NCBI GenBank assembly: GCA_010093995.1
Contig: ML992503.1
Span: forward strand, 409,662 to 473,661
Source: Elsinoe ampelina
Taxonomy: Eukaryota
Direction of reading: 5' to 3'
Length of the DNA stretch: 64,000 nucleotides
Under the pieces are notes generated by a model, which worked only from the letters and a program-made list of their open reading frames with translations, made no database searches and was not told the DNA's origin. The position numbers were made by a program, and so were the translations under genes. Positions 25,331 to 37,800 of the stretch are shown one piece after another; the first letter of the stretch is position 1; each line of letters opens with the position of its first letter.

Positions 25331-27322
25331 TCATGCCTGCTCAATCAAAACCAACGTACTCTTCCTCGTGTCCACATCCACCACCCTCGGCCTAAGCGGC
25401 TGCTTCACCGCCACAGGCACGTGCCTCGTATTCTTCGCCCTACTCAGACTCACCGTCCTCGCCACCCCCACCTGACCATACTGCACCTGCTGGCTCTTCT
25501 GCGGCCTATGATGCGAAGGTGGCGACGGCTCCTGCTCCGGATCCAATGAGTCCATCCGCTTTGGTCCTGGTGTGTGCTGTGGATCCGGCCTTGGCTCGGT
25601 GATTTTGGGTATGCTTCGCGCGACAGCCTGCTGTGTGACGATGATGTCTTCGGTGTCCGAGTCGGAGCCGATGGAGAAGAAAGTTTGGGCGACGGAGGAG
25701 TCGGGGGTGACGGGCAGGGAGGCTTCGGACCAGAGAGGGGAGGCGGGGCTGTCGTCGCGGGAGGAGGGATGGGCGAGGGCAGGGGTTTGTTGGTGGGGGC
25801 GGGTGAGGATGGGGCCTGGGCCGGGGTTGGGGTGGAGGGTGGTGCTGCCGGCTGGGGCGGTGCGGGAGCGTTGGATCTGGAGGAGGCGGTTGGCGGCTTC
25901 CATATGGTGTTTATTGGTTTCTTGGATTGACTTTTCGATGATCTCGCGGCCGGGCGAGGGTTTGGGGGAAGGCTTTGTCGAAGGCTTGGGGAGGGCGTTG
26001 GGTGATGGTCTGGATGGCATGGATGGTGATGTTGCACGTCGCCGTGGCGTGTTGTCAACGGGCTCGGCAAGTGACGTTTCCTCCCCGAGTGGTCGTAAGC
26101 GCTTCAGAGTTCCCCTTCGTTCGGCTATCGATGTCGTTGGCTTGAGCAGCTTCTCGAACATGACGCTATATCGTTCCATTTCCGATTTGGGAATGTCCAC
26201 GTTGAGCAATGAATTTTGTTGAATACCTCCAGTACCAGAGTTGATCCTTTCTAGCGCGTCCTGGTTGATTTGAGGTATCCGAATCTCAGTATACTTCCCT
26301 CTCTGTATTGGTGGAAGCGTCTGAACGGTCGGGAAGATCTGCATGTTCGCAGGTTTTGGCTTCGGCTGTTGTGCGGCAGCCTTTGCAGCTTCATACGCTG
26401 CTTTGTCCAGTTCCGCTCTCATCTGTTGACGAGCAAATCCACGGGCATTAGAATCACTCCTGTTGTGCGTGGCCGGTGCAGCCATTGGCTTCGATACGCT
26501 CGACGCATTCGTAGACTGGGACTGATAGGATGTGTTCGAAGTGCTTGCAGTAGTCGCGTTTGAAGACAGACTTCTCTGGCTGTTCAGCGATGTCGATGTG
26601 TCCTCCCTTGAGGCATTTGACTTCATTTGCCAATGTGCAGCTGGTACCGGCGGCTGCCACTCGGCTTGTTGTCTCGGTTTCGCAGCGGATGACGAGGAAA
26701 ACATGCTCTTGAAACTTCTGGATTTGGATTTTCGCAACTTCGTCGGCTCGGCGGCCGTCGGTGTGGTAGGTGTCGCCGTCATTGGAGTCCGTACTGGTTC
26801 ACTGAACGTCCGCAAGGGGCTCGCTCGGGGGACCTCTGGCAACGCACGTGGCGAGTTCGCAAGATATTGAGGCGGTAGTCTTGGACTACCGAGCGCGATT
26901 CCGATTGTAACATCGGATGTGTTGTGTGGTGGATTATGATGTGCCGCAGTACGTGGTGTACCGGTCGGCGTAGGGAAGCGGTAAATGTGTGAGTCGGCCT
27001 TGATCTCGATAGTCTGGGTCTTTATCTGAGAGTCAGGGTTTGGGAGTTCTTTATCTGGCGTCGGGAGGGGATTCGATCTCTGAGCTGAGCCGCTGGATGT
27101 TTTCGGGCGATTGACAACAGAGGTTTTGGTCGCATCTTTAGGGAATCGGCCCTCTAACCTAGCGCTGCTGACATCGAATGATTGTGTTACATTGACGTTG
27201 ACCGCCGATTGCTGCTCGTGTCTCTGCTTATAGAACCGTTCCTCTTCGCTCTTGTCGCTCCTCGACGTGTTTAAGCTCGACTGCTGCCGGCGCAGTGACT
27301 TTGATCTACTAAGGAACCCCAT
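25331..27322 (-). CDS. Hypothetical Ser/Pro-rich, largely disordered protein (663 aa)
   Basis: Long ATG-initiated ORF; short ordered islands IGIALGSP and LNVDIPKSEMERYSVMFEKLL. Confidence 0.8.
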   Translation of the reverse strand: MGFLSRSKSLRRQQSSLNTSRSDKSEEERFYKQRHEQQSAVNVNVTQSFDVSSARLEGRFPKDATKTSVVNRPKTSSGSAQRSNPLPTPDKELPNPDSQIKTQTIEIKADSHIYRFPTPTGTPRTAAHHNPPHNTSDVTIGIALGSPRLPPQYLANSPRALPEVPRASPLRTFSEPVRTPMTATPTTPTAAEPTKLRKSKSRSFKSMFSSSSAAKPRQQAEWQPPVPAAHWQMKSNASREDTSTSLNSQRSLSSNATTASTSNTSYQSQSTNASSVSKPMAAPATHNRSDSNARGFARQQMRAELDKAAYEAAKAAAQQPKPKPANMQIFPTVQTLPPIQRGKYTEIRIPQINQDALERINSGTGGIQQNSLLNVDIPKSEMERYSVMFEKLLKPTTSIAERRGTLKRLRPLGEETSLAEPVDNTPRRRATSPSMPSRPSPNALPKPSTKPSPKPSPGREIIEKSIQETNKHHMEAANRLLQIQRSRTAPAGSTTLHPNPGPGPILTRPHQQTPALAHPSSRDDSPASPLWSEASLPVTPDSSVAQTFFSIGSDSDTEDIIVTQQAVARSIPKITEPRPDPQHTPGPKRMDSLDPEQEPSPPSHHRPQKSQQVQYGQVGVARTVSLSRAKNTRHVPVAVKQPLRPRVVDVDTRKSTLVLIEQA

Positions 27323-29061
27323 GTCCAGCGAGGGGATGAGATCAAAGCGCGGTCAGATGAGCGAAGAGAGTATACAAGTATCACCGTGCGGCTCTTGTCG
27401 TCCGGGAGGAGAATGAGTGGTAGCGTGACATCCAGTACATACGAACTTCCAGAATAGTCGTCTTGTGAAACACGCGGTGTGTCGTCAGCTTCGTACAGAG
27501 CCGCAATATTGACGGGGAAGGAAGATGGGAGCAGGGATTATCGTAAATCGTGGCGGCTGCAATCCAGATGTTGCAAGATGGGCTGAGAAGAACGCTACAC
27601 AAACGATCGCAAAGGCCAAGTTTGAGAAAAGATGCAAACAAGTCGGGAAATGAAGTGTTGGAAGGCTGAGAGGGACGGGAGTAAAGAGGTGAGAGCGTCA
27701 AATGCGACAGCAAGTGCAAAGTGCACTCTCACCGGCCAGACCAGCGGTGTTACAGAAAGCAAGGAAAGTAGGACCACAAGGGAATAGCAACCCACTTGAG
27801 TGCATCAAGCCTATCTCGCGGGCTCATTTCGCAGAGAGCAGTCCGCCGGTCTAGCACGGGATGGCCCACTGAGGCGAAGATTGACTCTCTGAAATTTGTC
27901 GCAGTTAGATGAGCCTCTGAGAAGCCCTCTGCGAACGAAAGCACAGCCCATTGCCCAGTCAGAGCAGGGACAAAGACAGTTCTTGTTCGCATGATCGACA
28001 ACCATGGCGCCAGGCGTGAGAAAGAATGGGGAAGGAGCCCGCAAGTGAGCCACAAATGGCAGACGATCTTCTGAAACGAGTGAGAGGATTGCGGCGGCAA
28101 AGGCGTCAGAAGAAAGTGAAAGGGAAGACTTGATCGACCGCCATGGTTTCAGAAGAGAGGAAGGAGAAATCTCATTCGTTGAGAGGAAGTGAGGTCTGGA
28201 AATTGCCCCGCCAAGCCCTCGAGCGGAAGTGAAAGATTGCGACATGTCATCCACTTTCTCGGGAAAAAAAGATTCCAGCGACTGCGACGTTGGCTTTGCT
28301 CACGTGAAAAGAGGCGGGACATATCGCTGACAGACTTCCCTCACCATCAATGCTACATACCGACCCGTGCGAGCGAGTCATATGGCATTCTCCAGCCGGG
28401 GCGGGTGTCAGAAAGTCCGATAGTCCAGTTCCCAAGAGGGGAGCAGCAACGGGGCCAGGAGCTGAGACACTTGCACGACTCGTTCCTTTCAGCAGTCCAC
28501 GATGATCCGTGTTCGAGATGTGCTCCCTTCGAGACGACTCTGTATCCTCAGACAGTGTGCTCCCACTTAGGAGTGGTGCCATGGTGTGTAGACGGGATCG
28601 TGCTTGTTCCTCGATTCGTTGACTGGTCGTCTTGCTCGCCAATCCATCGTCTCCATAATGTCGCACGCAACTATGGCGAGGCCTGGTTGAGCGGTTGACC
28701 CGAATCCGTACAACCTTCCTGCAAATATTTACAGAGTAAGGCCCGAAAGTGACTGTTTGCATTTCATACCTCAGCGAGGCCCTTAGATTGTTAGGGGATG
28801 TATGAAAGCATAACACTCCAGCAGGTACTTTTTTGAGCACAAGTCCATACTCATTGCTCATGGTAGACGTTCGGCAAGCGTCCCGATTGGCTGCATAACT
28901 CCCGACCTCTGCCTTCACAATTCATCGCTGACGCTGGAGCCATCTGTCGCGTCGACCATTGGACTCTCAATACCTTCTGATCTTGCATTTATATTGCGTT
29001 TATTAGCGACAATATCATGCGCGACCCTGTCCATAATCCATAACGCACTCGCACCGTCAAG

Positions 29062-31341
29062 ATGGTTCATTTCATCGCCGACCTCGAAGACCCATCTGGC
29101 CGCAACTCTCCCAAACCACCCCCAGCAGAGCCGTATCATGTCTCTGAGCCTCCATACGAGGGCTATCACGAGATAGACTCTGCCTCATACGCTCGAAGTA
29201 CCGAATCGGATGCCATTGTCATTGATAATGGTACATAAGTCTTGTCCTGCCGCAAACGACTGTTTCTGACTTTCCTAGGCTCCTCATCCATTCGCGCCGG
29301 ATACTCTTTCCAGTCGAATCCCGCACTGTCGTTTCCTCCTCTCATGGCCCGCTATATGGACCGGAAACTCAATCGCAAGCTCAACTTCATAGGGTCCGAG
29401 ATCTACTTCGATGGCACAGCGCGTGGACAGGCGAAGAATGCATATGAAGCAGGCGCCCCGATAGTGAACAATTGGGACGTGATGGAAGGTTGCCTGGACT
29501 ACATCTTTGTCAAGCTCGGTCTCAGCCAGTCTTCGAGACTAGATCGAAGAGTCGTCATGACAGAGCCTGTCGCGAATTTGGGATACAGCAGACGAGTAAT
29601 GAGTGAGATTCTGTTTGAATTATACAACACTCCCGCCGTAGCATACGGCGTGGACAGTCTCTTCAGTTACAACTACAATGGCGGCAGGACGGGTTTAGTG
29701 ATGAGTGCAGGATACATGGCAACGAACCTCATACCGGTGGTGGACGGCACGCCTCTCTTCAGCCATGCCACGAGGCTTGATTGGGGCAGACAGCACTGCG
29801 CAGAGTATCTGACGAAGCTTTTGAGAGCGAAGTACCCAAGCCTTCCGACCAAGATCAACGAGACACAAATCGAGGATCTAGTCAGACGACATTGTTACAT
29901 CAGTCAGGACTATGACCGTGAGATGGCACGCTTCCTGGACTGGACCGGCCTTGAGGAGAGAGATATCACGGTCCAACTACCTTTCGTGGAGAAGGAGGTC
30001 GCCGTGAAGACAGAAGAGGAGCTGGCACGAGCCGCTGAGAAGCGAAAGGAGGGTGGGAGGAGGTTGCAAGAGCAGGCCGCCAAGATGAGACTTGAGAAGC
30101 TCATCAGGAAGGAGCAAGAGCTTGAGTACTACAGAGATCTACAGGAGAGATTGGTCGGAGCCACAAAGAAGGACGCAAGGACTATGCTAGAAGCAGAGGA
30201 CTTTGACAACGAAGATCAGCTGGACAAGAAGATGCGGGATATGGAAAAGTCTATTCGCAAGCAGAGGAACAAGGATGTTGGCGACTTTGAAGAGCCGGAA
30301 GAGGTACCTACATATCCTCTACTGGACACGCCAGATGATCAGCTTGATGAAGAAGGTATCAAGCAGAAGCGAGCACAGCGCCTGCTCAAAGCGAACCACG
30401 AAGCGAGAGCCAGGGCTAAGGCCGAGAAAGAGCGGGAAAAGGCTCGCCTCGCGGAAGAGCAGAGGTTAGACGATGAGGCTCGCGAGAGAGATCCGGAAGG
30501 ATGGATCGAGCAGAGACGAGTCAACAGACAGAGCATCATCCAGCGCATCAAAGAGCGTGACAGGCTCAAGGCGGATCTGGGGAATCGCAAATCTCTGGCC
30601 AGCCAAATGCGGATGAAGAGCATTGCAAATCTGGCTTCTGACAACCCAAAGAAGAGACGAAGGGGAGGAGACGATGACAACTTCGGCGCAGATGACGCAG
30701 ACTGGGGAATCTACAGAACGATCGGAACCGGCGAAGGGAGCGACGATGAAGAAGAGGAAGATCTGAATGCGACGCTCAAAGGTGTCGAGTCGGAGCTGCT
30801 AAAGTACGATCCGGACTTTACCGAGCAAAGTACGCAAGAAGCGCAAGCAGACTGGACGAAAAGCATCATCCACGCCTTCCTCCGTGGACCTTATCCCTAC
30901 GACCCAGAGAGTACTAGGGAGAACAATCAATTTCACCTGAATGTTGAACGCATACGGGTTCCAGAGGTCATCTTGCAACCAGCGATAGCAGGAATCGACC
31001 AGGCAGGAATCGTCGAGATTACAGAAGACATTGTCATGCAGCGTCTCAATGGTCATTCCCAGCGAGATGCCATCTTGAAGGATGTCTTTCTCACTGGAGG
31101 CTACACCATGTTCCAGGGCTTTGAGGATCGCTTGCGGAAGGAACTGAGAGCTGTGCTACCCGCTGAAGCGACTCTGGGATTGAGAAAGGCAAATGATCCA
31201 ATCCTGGATGCATGGAAGGGAGCTGCGGCCTGGGCGGGTGACCGTTCAAAGTCTGCACCTGCTTTTGTCACAAAGGAAGAATACGCGGAAAAGGGCGCAG
31301 ATTATCTGAAAGAGCATAATCTGGGTAATGCTTTTGCCTAA
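29062..31341 (+). CDS. ARP5: Actin-related protein 5, INO80 complex; exons 29062-29230 and 29279-31341
   Basis: AIVIDNG|SSSIRAG across the 48-nt intron 29231-29278; long charged insertion; LNVERIRVPE; DAWKGAA; EYAEKGADYLKEHNLGN. Confidence 0.93.
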
Positions 31342-32030
31342 GATATTCCGCCGAGATCTGAAAGCAAGAAGCTTTGGCCCCTTGCAACTCTACTCGCGAT
31401 GGCCCCTGCAAATCTACTCGCGAGCTGCCATGAGCCATAATGCGGTTCCAATGGGATGACAACGACAGCGACGCTCCATGGAGAAGATGAGCATTTTGCA
31501 TATCTTGAATGAATCATGGCCCCCTACTCCATGTCATGTCGCTGCTATGATCCCCGCAATGTGCTTGAAGGAGGGCATGGAGATTCAATTACACCAACAA
31601 AGGTTGGTCGGTGCTACTGAGCCTTTCTGCACACCATCGTTGAGCAAGTGCTCCTTCGATAGAGTGCTCTGCTATGAGAATTCAGACGACTCCGTGGCAC
31701 CATGCACAACAGCCACAGCTTCTTGTCTTTCAAGCAATCCAATCGCTCTTCAGATACGACCAGCGCGTGATGCATCTGGACCTTTTGATGTTTCCGGATT
31801 GGTATAGTCGTTCATTATGCTAAAGCATCGAACCCGCTAATGAAAAAGCCTTCGTCCGGGAGACCATCTTCTCTGCGAGCAGTGTCAAAGTACCGACATC
31901 GCAATGTCAGTGTGCCCCAACGACTTTGCGCCTTTCCAAACATGTTGACAGCCTACAACGGAGGGCATAAGTCAATAAAACCCGCCCGCTACCGCCCTCG
32001 CGAAGAATTGACTGACCAATTTTCTCCACG

Positions 32031-34163
32031 ATGAAAGCGCTACACAGCTACCTGCTGGTAGCACTCCCCGTCGTCTTCTCTCCAATCAATGCAGACATCT
32101 TTGCCGCGCATGGCCAAACTCTCACCAATGGGACCTCCGATCGACCTCTCAAGCCTGGTGTCGCCAGGAACCCACTTGAAGATACGCCAGAAGATGCTCC
32201 TGGTCCCGAGCTGGGCAACGGCACTCCATCTATCAGAGTCATGCCTGTCATAAGGAGATGGCAACCTCCTGTCCCAACTGGGCCACCTGCCGCACGATTT
32301 GAGAATGATCCAACCACCATATTTCCACCTGCAGTCAGGACAGCACTTGACGCTAAATTCGCAACGCTCGTCTCGAACACTCAAATTGTCGACATCTTTC
32401 CACAGCTCTCTGGGTCGCCACCTGAGCTTCAAGCAGTGGTGCTCTTCCTTTTGGGTGCCCCGGACGAGCTCGCTTTGCGTACTGCTGCTTTCGCTCAGAA
32501 GCAATCAGGTGCAAGCATCGAGAGGCTCATCGAAGAGGCTCAGGTGATGGGCAAAGACATTTCTATCGTTCTCTGGGATCTATTTGCGGTCAGCCAGGAC
32601 TCACTGGGCTCTGCCGACCTTACAGAAATTACTGTCGATGCTGCTCACAACATGATGACCATCTTGGGTCAAAAGCCTTACACGATTGGGACGTGTGACG
32701 TTGAAAGCCAGGAATGCAGAGTCAATGGTCATTCGCAGCAAGGTGGACAAAATTCCGATACAGTCCAGTGCAGTGGAGAAGGCCACTGCTGCAAAGTCGA
32801 CGGCGATCGTTGTGGCACAGTGCCCCATCCCAACCACGATCAGTCCATCACAATCTGTCACTCGCCTCGACGTGAGTTGCATGGTTTGGTCAACGGTCGT
32901 GGGATCTGGCAGGGACCTTGGCTCAACCATGTCAGCACAAGCCCTAATCGACAGTCTACGAGCAATCTGACCTGCTCGGCCATGGTTGTGAACCGATTGA
33001 CAGCTTGCAATTCACAAAAATTCTGGTACGATCACTGCCGGACTCGTTTTGCGAGCCAAGCCGATTCTGCTCATGGAAGACCTCCCAAGGCCCAACTTGC
33101 ACCTCATCACGAGCTACACACACGCCATCACAAACCTGACAAAGACGAACACGACAGGAAGAAACATCACAAAGATCACGGAGATCCATATGAGAAAGCG
33201 TGCATTGCTTATGCCTCGGCAAATACCCAAAAGTGTATGGGTCGCGCAATCGAATGGGAAAACATCTGCACATCAACATGGAGGATCTTCGAAGGCATAG
33301 AGAAAGCAGACTTGTCCAACAGTACACACACGCCAATGCCGAGACCGTACCACGGATTCCAGCCTCGCAAGAACTCGTCAACACCCATCACCAGTGCCAA
33401 GGGCAATGACTCTGCGGTCGAGTGGTCGGCGCTCAGACTACCGGATCTCCCGGATCGCCCTGCTAAGAAATTTTGTCAAACTAGCAAATTCGAACTTGAG
33501 CAAGGTAGATGCAAGAAAATCCCGTTTGAAAGGAAGCATTTCAATGCCGCGTGCAAGGCGGAAGTCGAATTCTGGTACTGGATGTGCGAGACTCGGTTCA
33601 CTCTGGGACAGGACGCGGCAGCGGGTGAGACGAAGGCGTGTGAAGCCACCGAGCAAGTGGATGCCGTGAAATGTAGAGATCGCTCAGGGGAACACGGCCA
33701 CGAACGCCACCTTTGCGAGTTCATGGTTCGCGCGGCGAGGCACAAGTGTGAAGCTCTAATCGAAGACCGATCGCGGGTGTTGCCCAACAACGGCACCATA
33801 CCAGAATCTCCAGCTTCCAACATCACAATGCCGACATGGCCCAACGACAATACGAAGAAAGCCTGCGAGGCACGGCGATGTAGAATAGAGGACCAGCAAT
33901 GCCACCACAAGCATCTCACCCATCACTGGAAGCACTACTGCATCAATTTGACCAACGCATGGTTCCATGGGTGTAGAGCTGCATTCTACGGCAAGATCGA
34001 CACGAATTCTCTCAGTATGGCAGGGCTGCCTTCCGCAACACCATACGAGGATTCGCCAGCCACAGCCACCTCAACCGACGAGGGTTCCGAGCCAACCGCT
34101 GCGCCGACAGGTACATTCCCGCTCACGGAGACATCGACGCCTGCTACCGTGACCTGGGCTTGA
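32031..34163 (+). CDS. Putative secreted Cys-rich protein of unknown family (710 aa)
   Basis: Signal-peptide-like MKALHSYLLVALPVVFSPINA; intronless ORF; repeated Cx10C units; homologous to the C-terminal half of the downstream gene. Confidence 0.82.
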   Translation: MKALHSYLLVALPVVFSPINADIFAAHGQTLTNGTSDRPLKPGVARNPLEDTPEDAPGPELGNGTPSIRVMPVIRRWQPPVPTGPPAARFENDPTTIFPPAVRTALDAKFATLVSNTQIVDIFPQLSGSPPELQAVVLFLLGAPDELALRTAAFAQKQSGASIERLIEEAQVMGKDISIVLWDLFAVSQDSLGSADLTEITVDAAHNMMTILGQKPYTIGTCDVESQECRVNGHSQQGGQNSDTVQCSGEGHCCKVDGDRCGTVPHPNHDQSITICHSPRRELHGLVNGRGIWQGPWLNHVSTSPNRQSTSNLTCSAMVVNRLTACNSQKFWYDHCRTRFASQADSAHGRPPKAQLAPHHELHTRHHKPDKDEHDRKKHHKDHGDPYEKACIAYASANTQKCMGRAIEWENICTSTWRIFEGIEKADLSNSTHTPMPRPYHGFQPRKNSSTPITSAKGNDSAVEWSALRLPDLPDRPAKKFCQTSKFELEQGRCKKIPFERKHFNAACKAEVEFWYWMCETRFTLGQDAAAGETKACEATEQVDAVKCRDRSGEHGHERHLCEFMVRAARHKCEALIEDRSRVLPNNGTIPESPASNITMPTWPNDNTKKACEARRCRIEDQQCHHKHLTHHWKHYCINLTNAWFHGCRAAFYGKIDTNSLSMAGLPSATPYEDSPATATSTDEGSEPTAAPTGTFPLTETSTPATVTWA

Positions 34164-34876
34164 CCTCGCCAATCGTTCGCATCTGCACAGCTGATCCGAC
34201 AAGCCATCAAAAGATGCGCCATTTGACCGTAAGCATAGCATACAAGATCACACCGATACAGCATATCACCTTTTCACACCACTATTGACATCTGCTGCTT
34301 TATTCTATCTATGATCAGGGTATCCGAGCGCCTGCTGCCACCGATGTATGCTTCTACAAGGACTAACAGCAGGAGCAAGGTCGGGACCGATTCCAGAGAA
34401 CAGTGAAGGCTGTGGACGAATGGCCTGATGCTCTCTCTTTTTCAGGGGTCACATAGTTCCCATAGATGTCCGAAATGAGAGATTGCATACCAAATCATGC
34501 ATCCAATGTGCTCAATAAGTCACCTCAACTGGATAATAAGGAGTATGCTGACAAAAGACGGCCCGTGCACAGATTTCTGTCGACTTCAACTCGATGCGAA
34601 CTTTGCTTCTTCAGTCTATTTGTGCCGTCAAAAGTATGCCACCAATGCGACCCGCTCAATGTTGCGCAAGAATGCGAAGCACAACAGCCCAAACTCAACC
34701 TTGTAGGGATACGCTTCAATGGTGGCAATTTCCCACCCGCTACCGCAGACGTTCTGCGGTAAAGAGTTGAGGAAACCTATAGCTGGACGACCTGGACTAT
34801 GAGTGGTAGGTACTTGTCTACCGGATGCCCCCTTCTTCCCACTCAGCAACGCGACCGAGGGATCATCACGATTACC

Positions 34877-37800
34877 ATGAGAGTATCTTTCCTCTTTTCT
34901 GTGTTTGTCATTGAGACTGCCCTTTTCTCGGAAGGGCACTCGATAGTGACCGATATCAATCCTGGGCCTCCCAATCTTCGTCGTCCTGTCCCATTTGTGG
35001 ACGCTCCTCGGAGATTTATGATCAACGGATACAGTATATGGTACGACCTAAACAAGTTTCCGCCCTATATCTATAACAACCTAGATCAAGTGATCAAACA
35101 CACACCAAGGAGGCCGTGGGTTACGTCCCCAAGCAGTCTGTTCGATGCCTTCCCGGAGCTCAGAAACTACGCGCCATGGACTCTACACGAGATCATTGCA
35201 AAGCTGTGGCATTACGACACGAAGAACGCGCCGCGCTTTTGGCCGCACTTGGACGAAGTGTTCGTCGACAACATTGCGAGATGGGCAGAGAGCAGGGATC
35301 CAGGCCGAGAACTTTACAGTTTGGAGAAACTGCGCAAATCTCGCTACAAAACTATTGCGAGTATGTGGCGTGAATTTTGGGCCTCGGACTGGATGCCAGA
35401 CGAGTTCCGGGAGCCATTAGAATTGGAGGAACAACTGATCTCTGTTGATCGTGGCCACCTCCTCGATACTGCTAGGCCGAATCCAAAAGTCTGGCTCGGT
35501 AAACGCCGCCAAAGGGTCTGGGTAGATCCATACAGATTCAGGGAACCCGAAGGACAGACGCCGGAAGGAGCACGTCTCCCACGACTAGAGAGACCTCGGG
35601 CTGAGGGCTTGCACAGGGACGGCACTATCGGGTCTCTTAGAAAATGGCTGCCCAGAGTGCCATCCGCGCCTCAGTCATCGGCCCGCAAATGGTTCGAGAG
35701 GTTCAAGGCCTGGTTGCGCAAAATCTTCACTTCGAAGCTGTCTCAAGAAGAGCGAGCAGCGGCTCTGAAAAAGATGCCGCAGCCAGCTGCTGGTGACGAA
35801 TCTCCTATCTCACCCCCGGAGGAGCCTCGTCCGCCAATTCAACCACCAGAGCCTCCCGTCGAACCACCAGAGCCTCCCGTCGAACCACCAGAGCCTCCCG
35901 TCGAACCACCAGGGCCTCCCGTCGAACCACCAGAGCCACCTTCGCCAGAACCCCCCGCGCCACCGCCAGAACCGCCCGTCCAACCACCTGAGCCGCCCGT
36001 CGAGCCACCTGGGCCCCCTATCGAACCACCTGAGCCTCCCGTCGAACCTCCCCCACCTCCTGTCGAACCTCCTCAGCCTCCTGTCGAACCTCCTCGGCCT
36101 CCTGTCGAACCGCCTAGGCCCGCTCCACCGAAACCTCCTCCGCCAAAACCGCAGCCTAAGCCGCCTGCAAAGCCCCAACCGAAACCCCGTCCAAAGCCAC
36201 AGCCAAAACCGAAACCACTGCCGGAGCCAGCCAACACACGTAGGATACCCGAAGTCAAAGTTCCAAGAGAGTATCGCTTCAACAAATACAATCTGTGGTA
36301 TGACTTGGACAAGATGTCCCCAAAATTCTGGCAACATCTAAATCAAGCAGCTGGCAGGCATACTAGAGAATTTCTGGACTTGTTCGATGCATTCCCCGAA
36401 CTTCGGAATTACGCTCCTTGGACACTTCATGATTTGTTCTCCCAGATCTCTAAGGCGAACTCGAAGACGTTCCCTCGCTACTGGCCCGAATTGACCGAGG
36501 AAGTAGTCGCAGTTTGGAAACTCCGTGCTGAGAGAATGGACCCACATAAGCTTCTGACGACCACCAAAAAAGGGGAAGAAGGGTATTTCTTGGAGAGAGC
36601 GGATGTGAAGCGGACCCTCTTGCATTATCGTCGAGCCGAGGGACTCAGGTCGAGGCTCAAAGTCATGACCTCGGAAGGCCCAGGACATGAGTTGAAATCC
36701 ACAGTAGAACGCATGGTGGATGACGAGATGAAGATGGCACACAAACTGGATCCGGGGGGACTTCTCGACGAGAGGTTTCCCAACCAAGACATATTTGACA
36801 AGCTTGGCAAAGAGAGGATGATCAGGACATTCGAATGGTACCCGGACGAACTACCTCCAGCGGGCATGCCACCACCGGACATACAGAAAATGCCACCAGG
36901 CCTAGAAGATGTCCTGAGCCCAGTCGAACCCAATGCGAAGCCCCCAATGGCGACAAGGGTACCCGTCACCGAAAGACCTCCGGGTCAGCGTCCAGAACCT
37001 ACTGCAAAGCCTGGAGAGCCTGGGGACAAGCCTGGAGAGCCTGGGGACAAGCCTGGAGAGCCTGGCGACAAGCCTGGAGAACCTCACGAACCCGACGGCA
37101 AGCCAGGTGAGCCTCGTGGACCTGGCGAGAAGCCTCCGAAGCCTGTAGAAGGCGGTGACCTCATGCCCAATAGTGAAGGCAAGGTCGTTCGTTTCGCAGA
37201 CGACCCTGCCGCGAATATCCCGCCACAGGTCAGAGAGCGTCTCGCTTTGAAGTTTGAGAGGATCAGGAACGGCGTTCCAGCGACCCGTGTCTTCCCTGAG
37301 ATGGCTGGTCTGCCTCCCCGTATTCAGGCGAGAGCATTGTGGGCGCTCGGCCTGCCCGAGAACTTGTTTGGTAGGGTGGCTCGAGGTGTCGCCGTGGCAG
37401 TCATCAAGGTCGTGTCTAACGCCGTGATCAGGGCTGTGGCCGCCATTGTCACCGAGGTTCTCAGTATCCTGATGAGCATTTTCGATATTGTCGGCCTCAT
37501 TGTCGACGCAGTGATGCTTCTCCTGTCATTCTTCGATATGGGAAAGTATCACATGGGTGAATGCTTTGCTGGGAATCAGACTTGCTTGGTCCCACCTGGC
37601 CACAAGCACCCGGGATATCACGAGTGCGACGATGTCCACAAGTGTCATTTCACCGGCGATGTCTGCGGGATACGCCACTCGGCATTGGCACCCGCCGTGT
37701 GCAATTGGCATCGCCGTGAGCTGTATAAGATAGTCACCCACCACAGTTCCTGGAGTGAATTTTCGGATGACAGGAAAGACAAAGGCTCTGATGCTGATCC

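Noticed and set aside
27381..28990. Several 100-220 aa ORFs between the 663-aa gene and ARP5
   Set aside because: Overlapping, mostly non-ATG and motif-free; more likely promoter or UTR.
34799..34876. Upstream in-frame ATG for the 1393-aa ORF
   Set aside because: The ATG at 34877 (ACCATG context) directly precedes the hydrophobic leader and is the better start.
35843..37140. Regular 21-bp repeats as CRISPR or satellite
   Set aside because: No spacers, eukaryotic context, and in-frame Pro-rich coding repeats.
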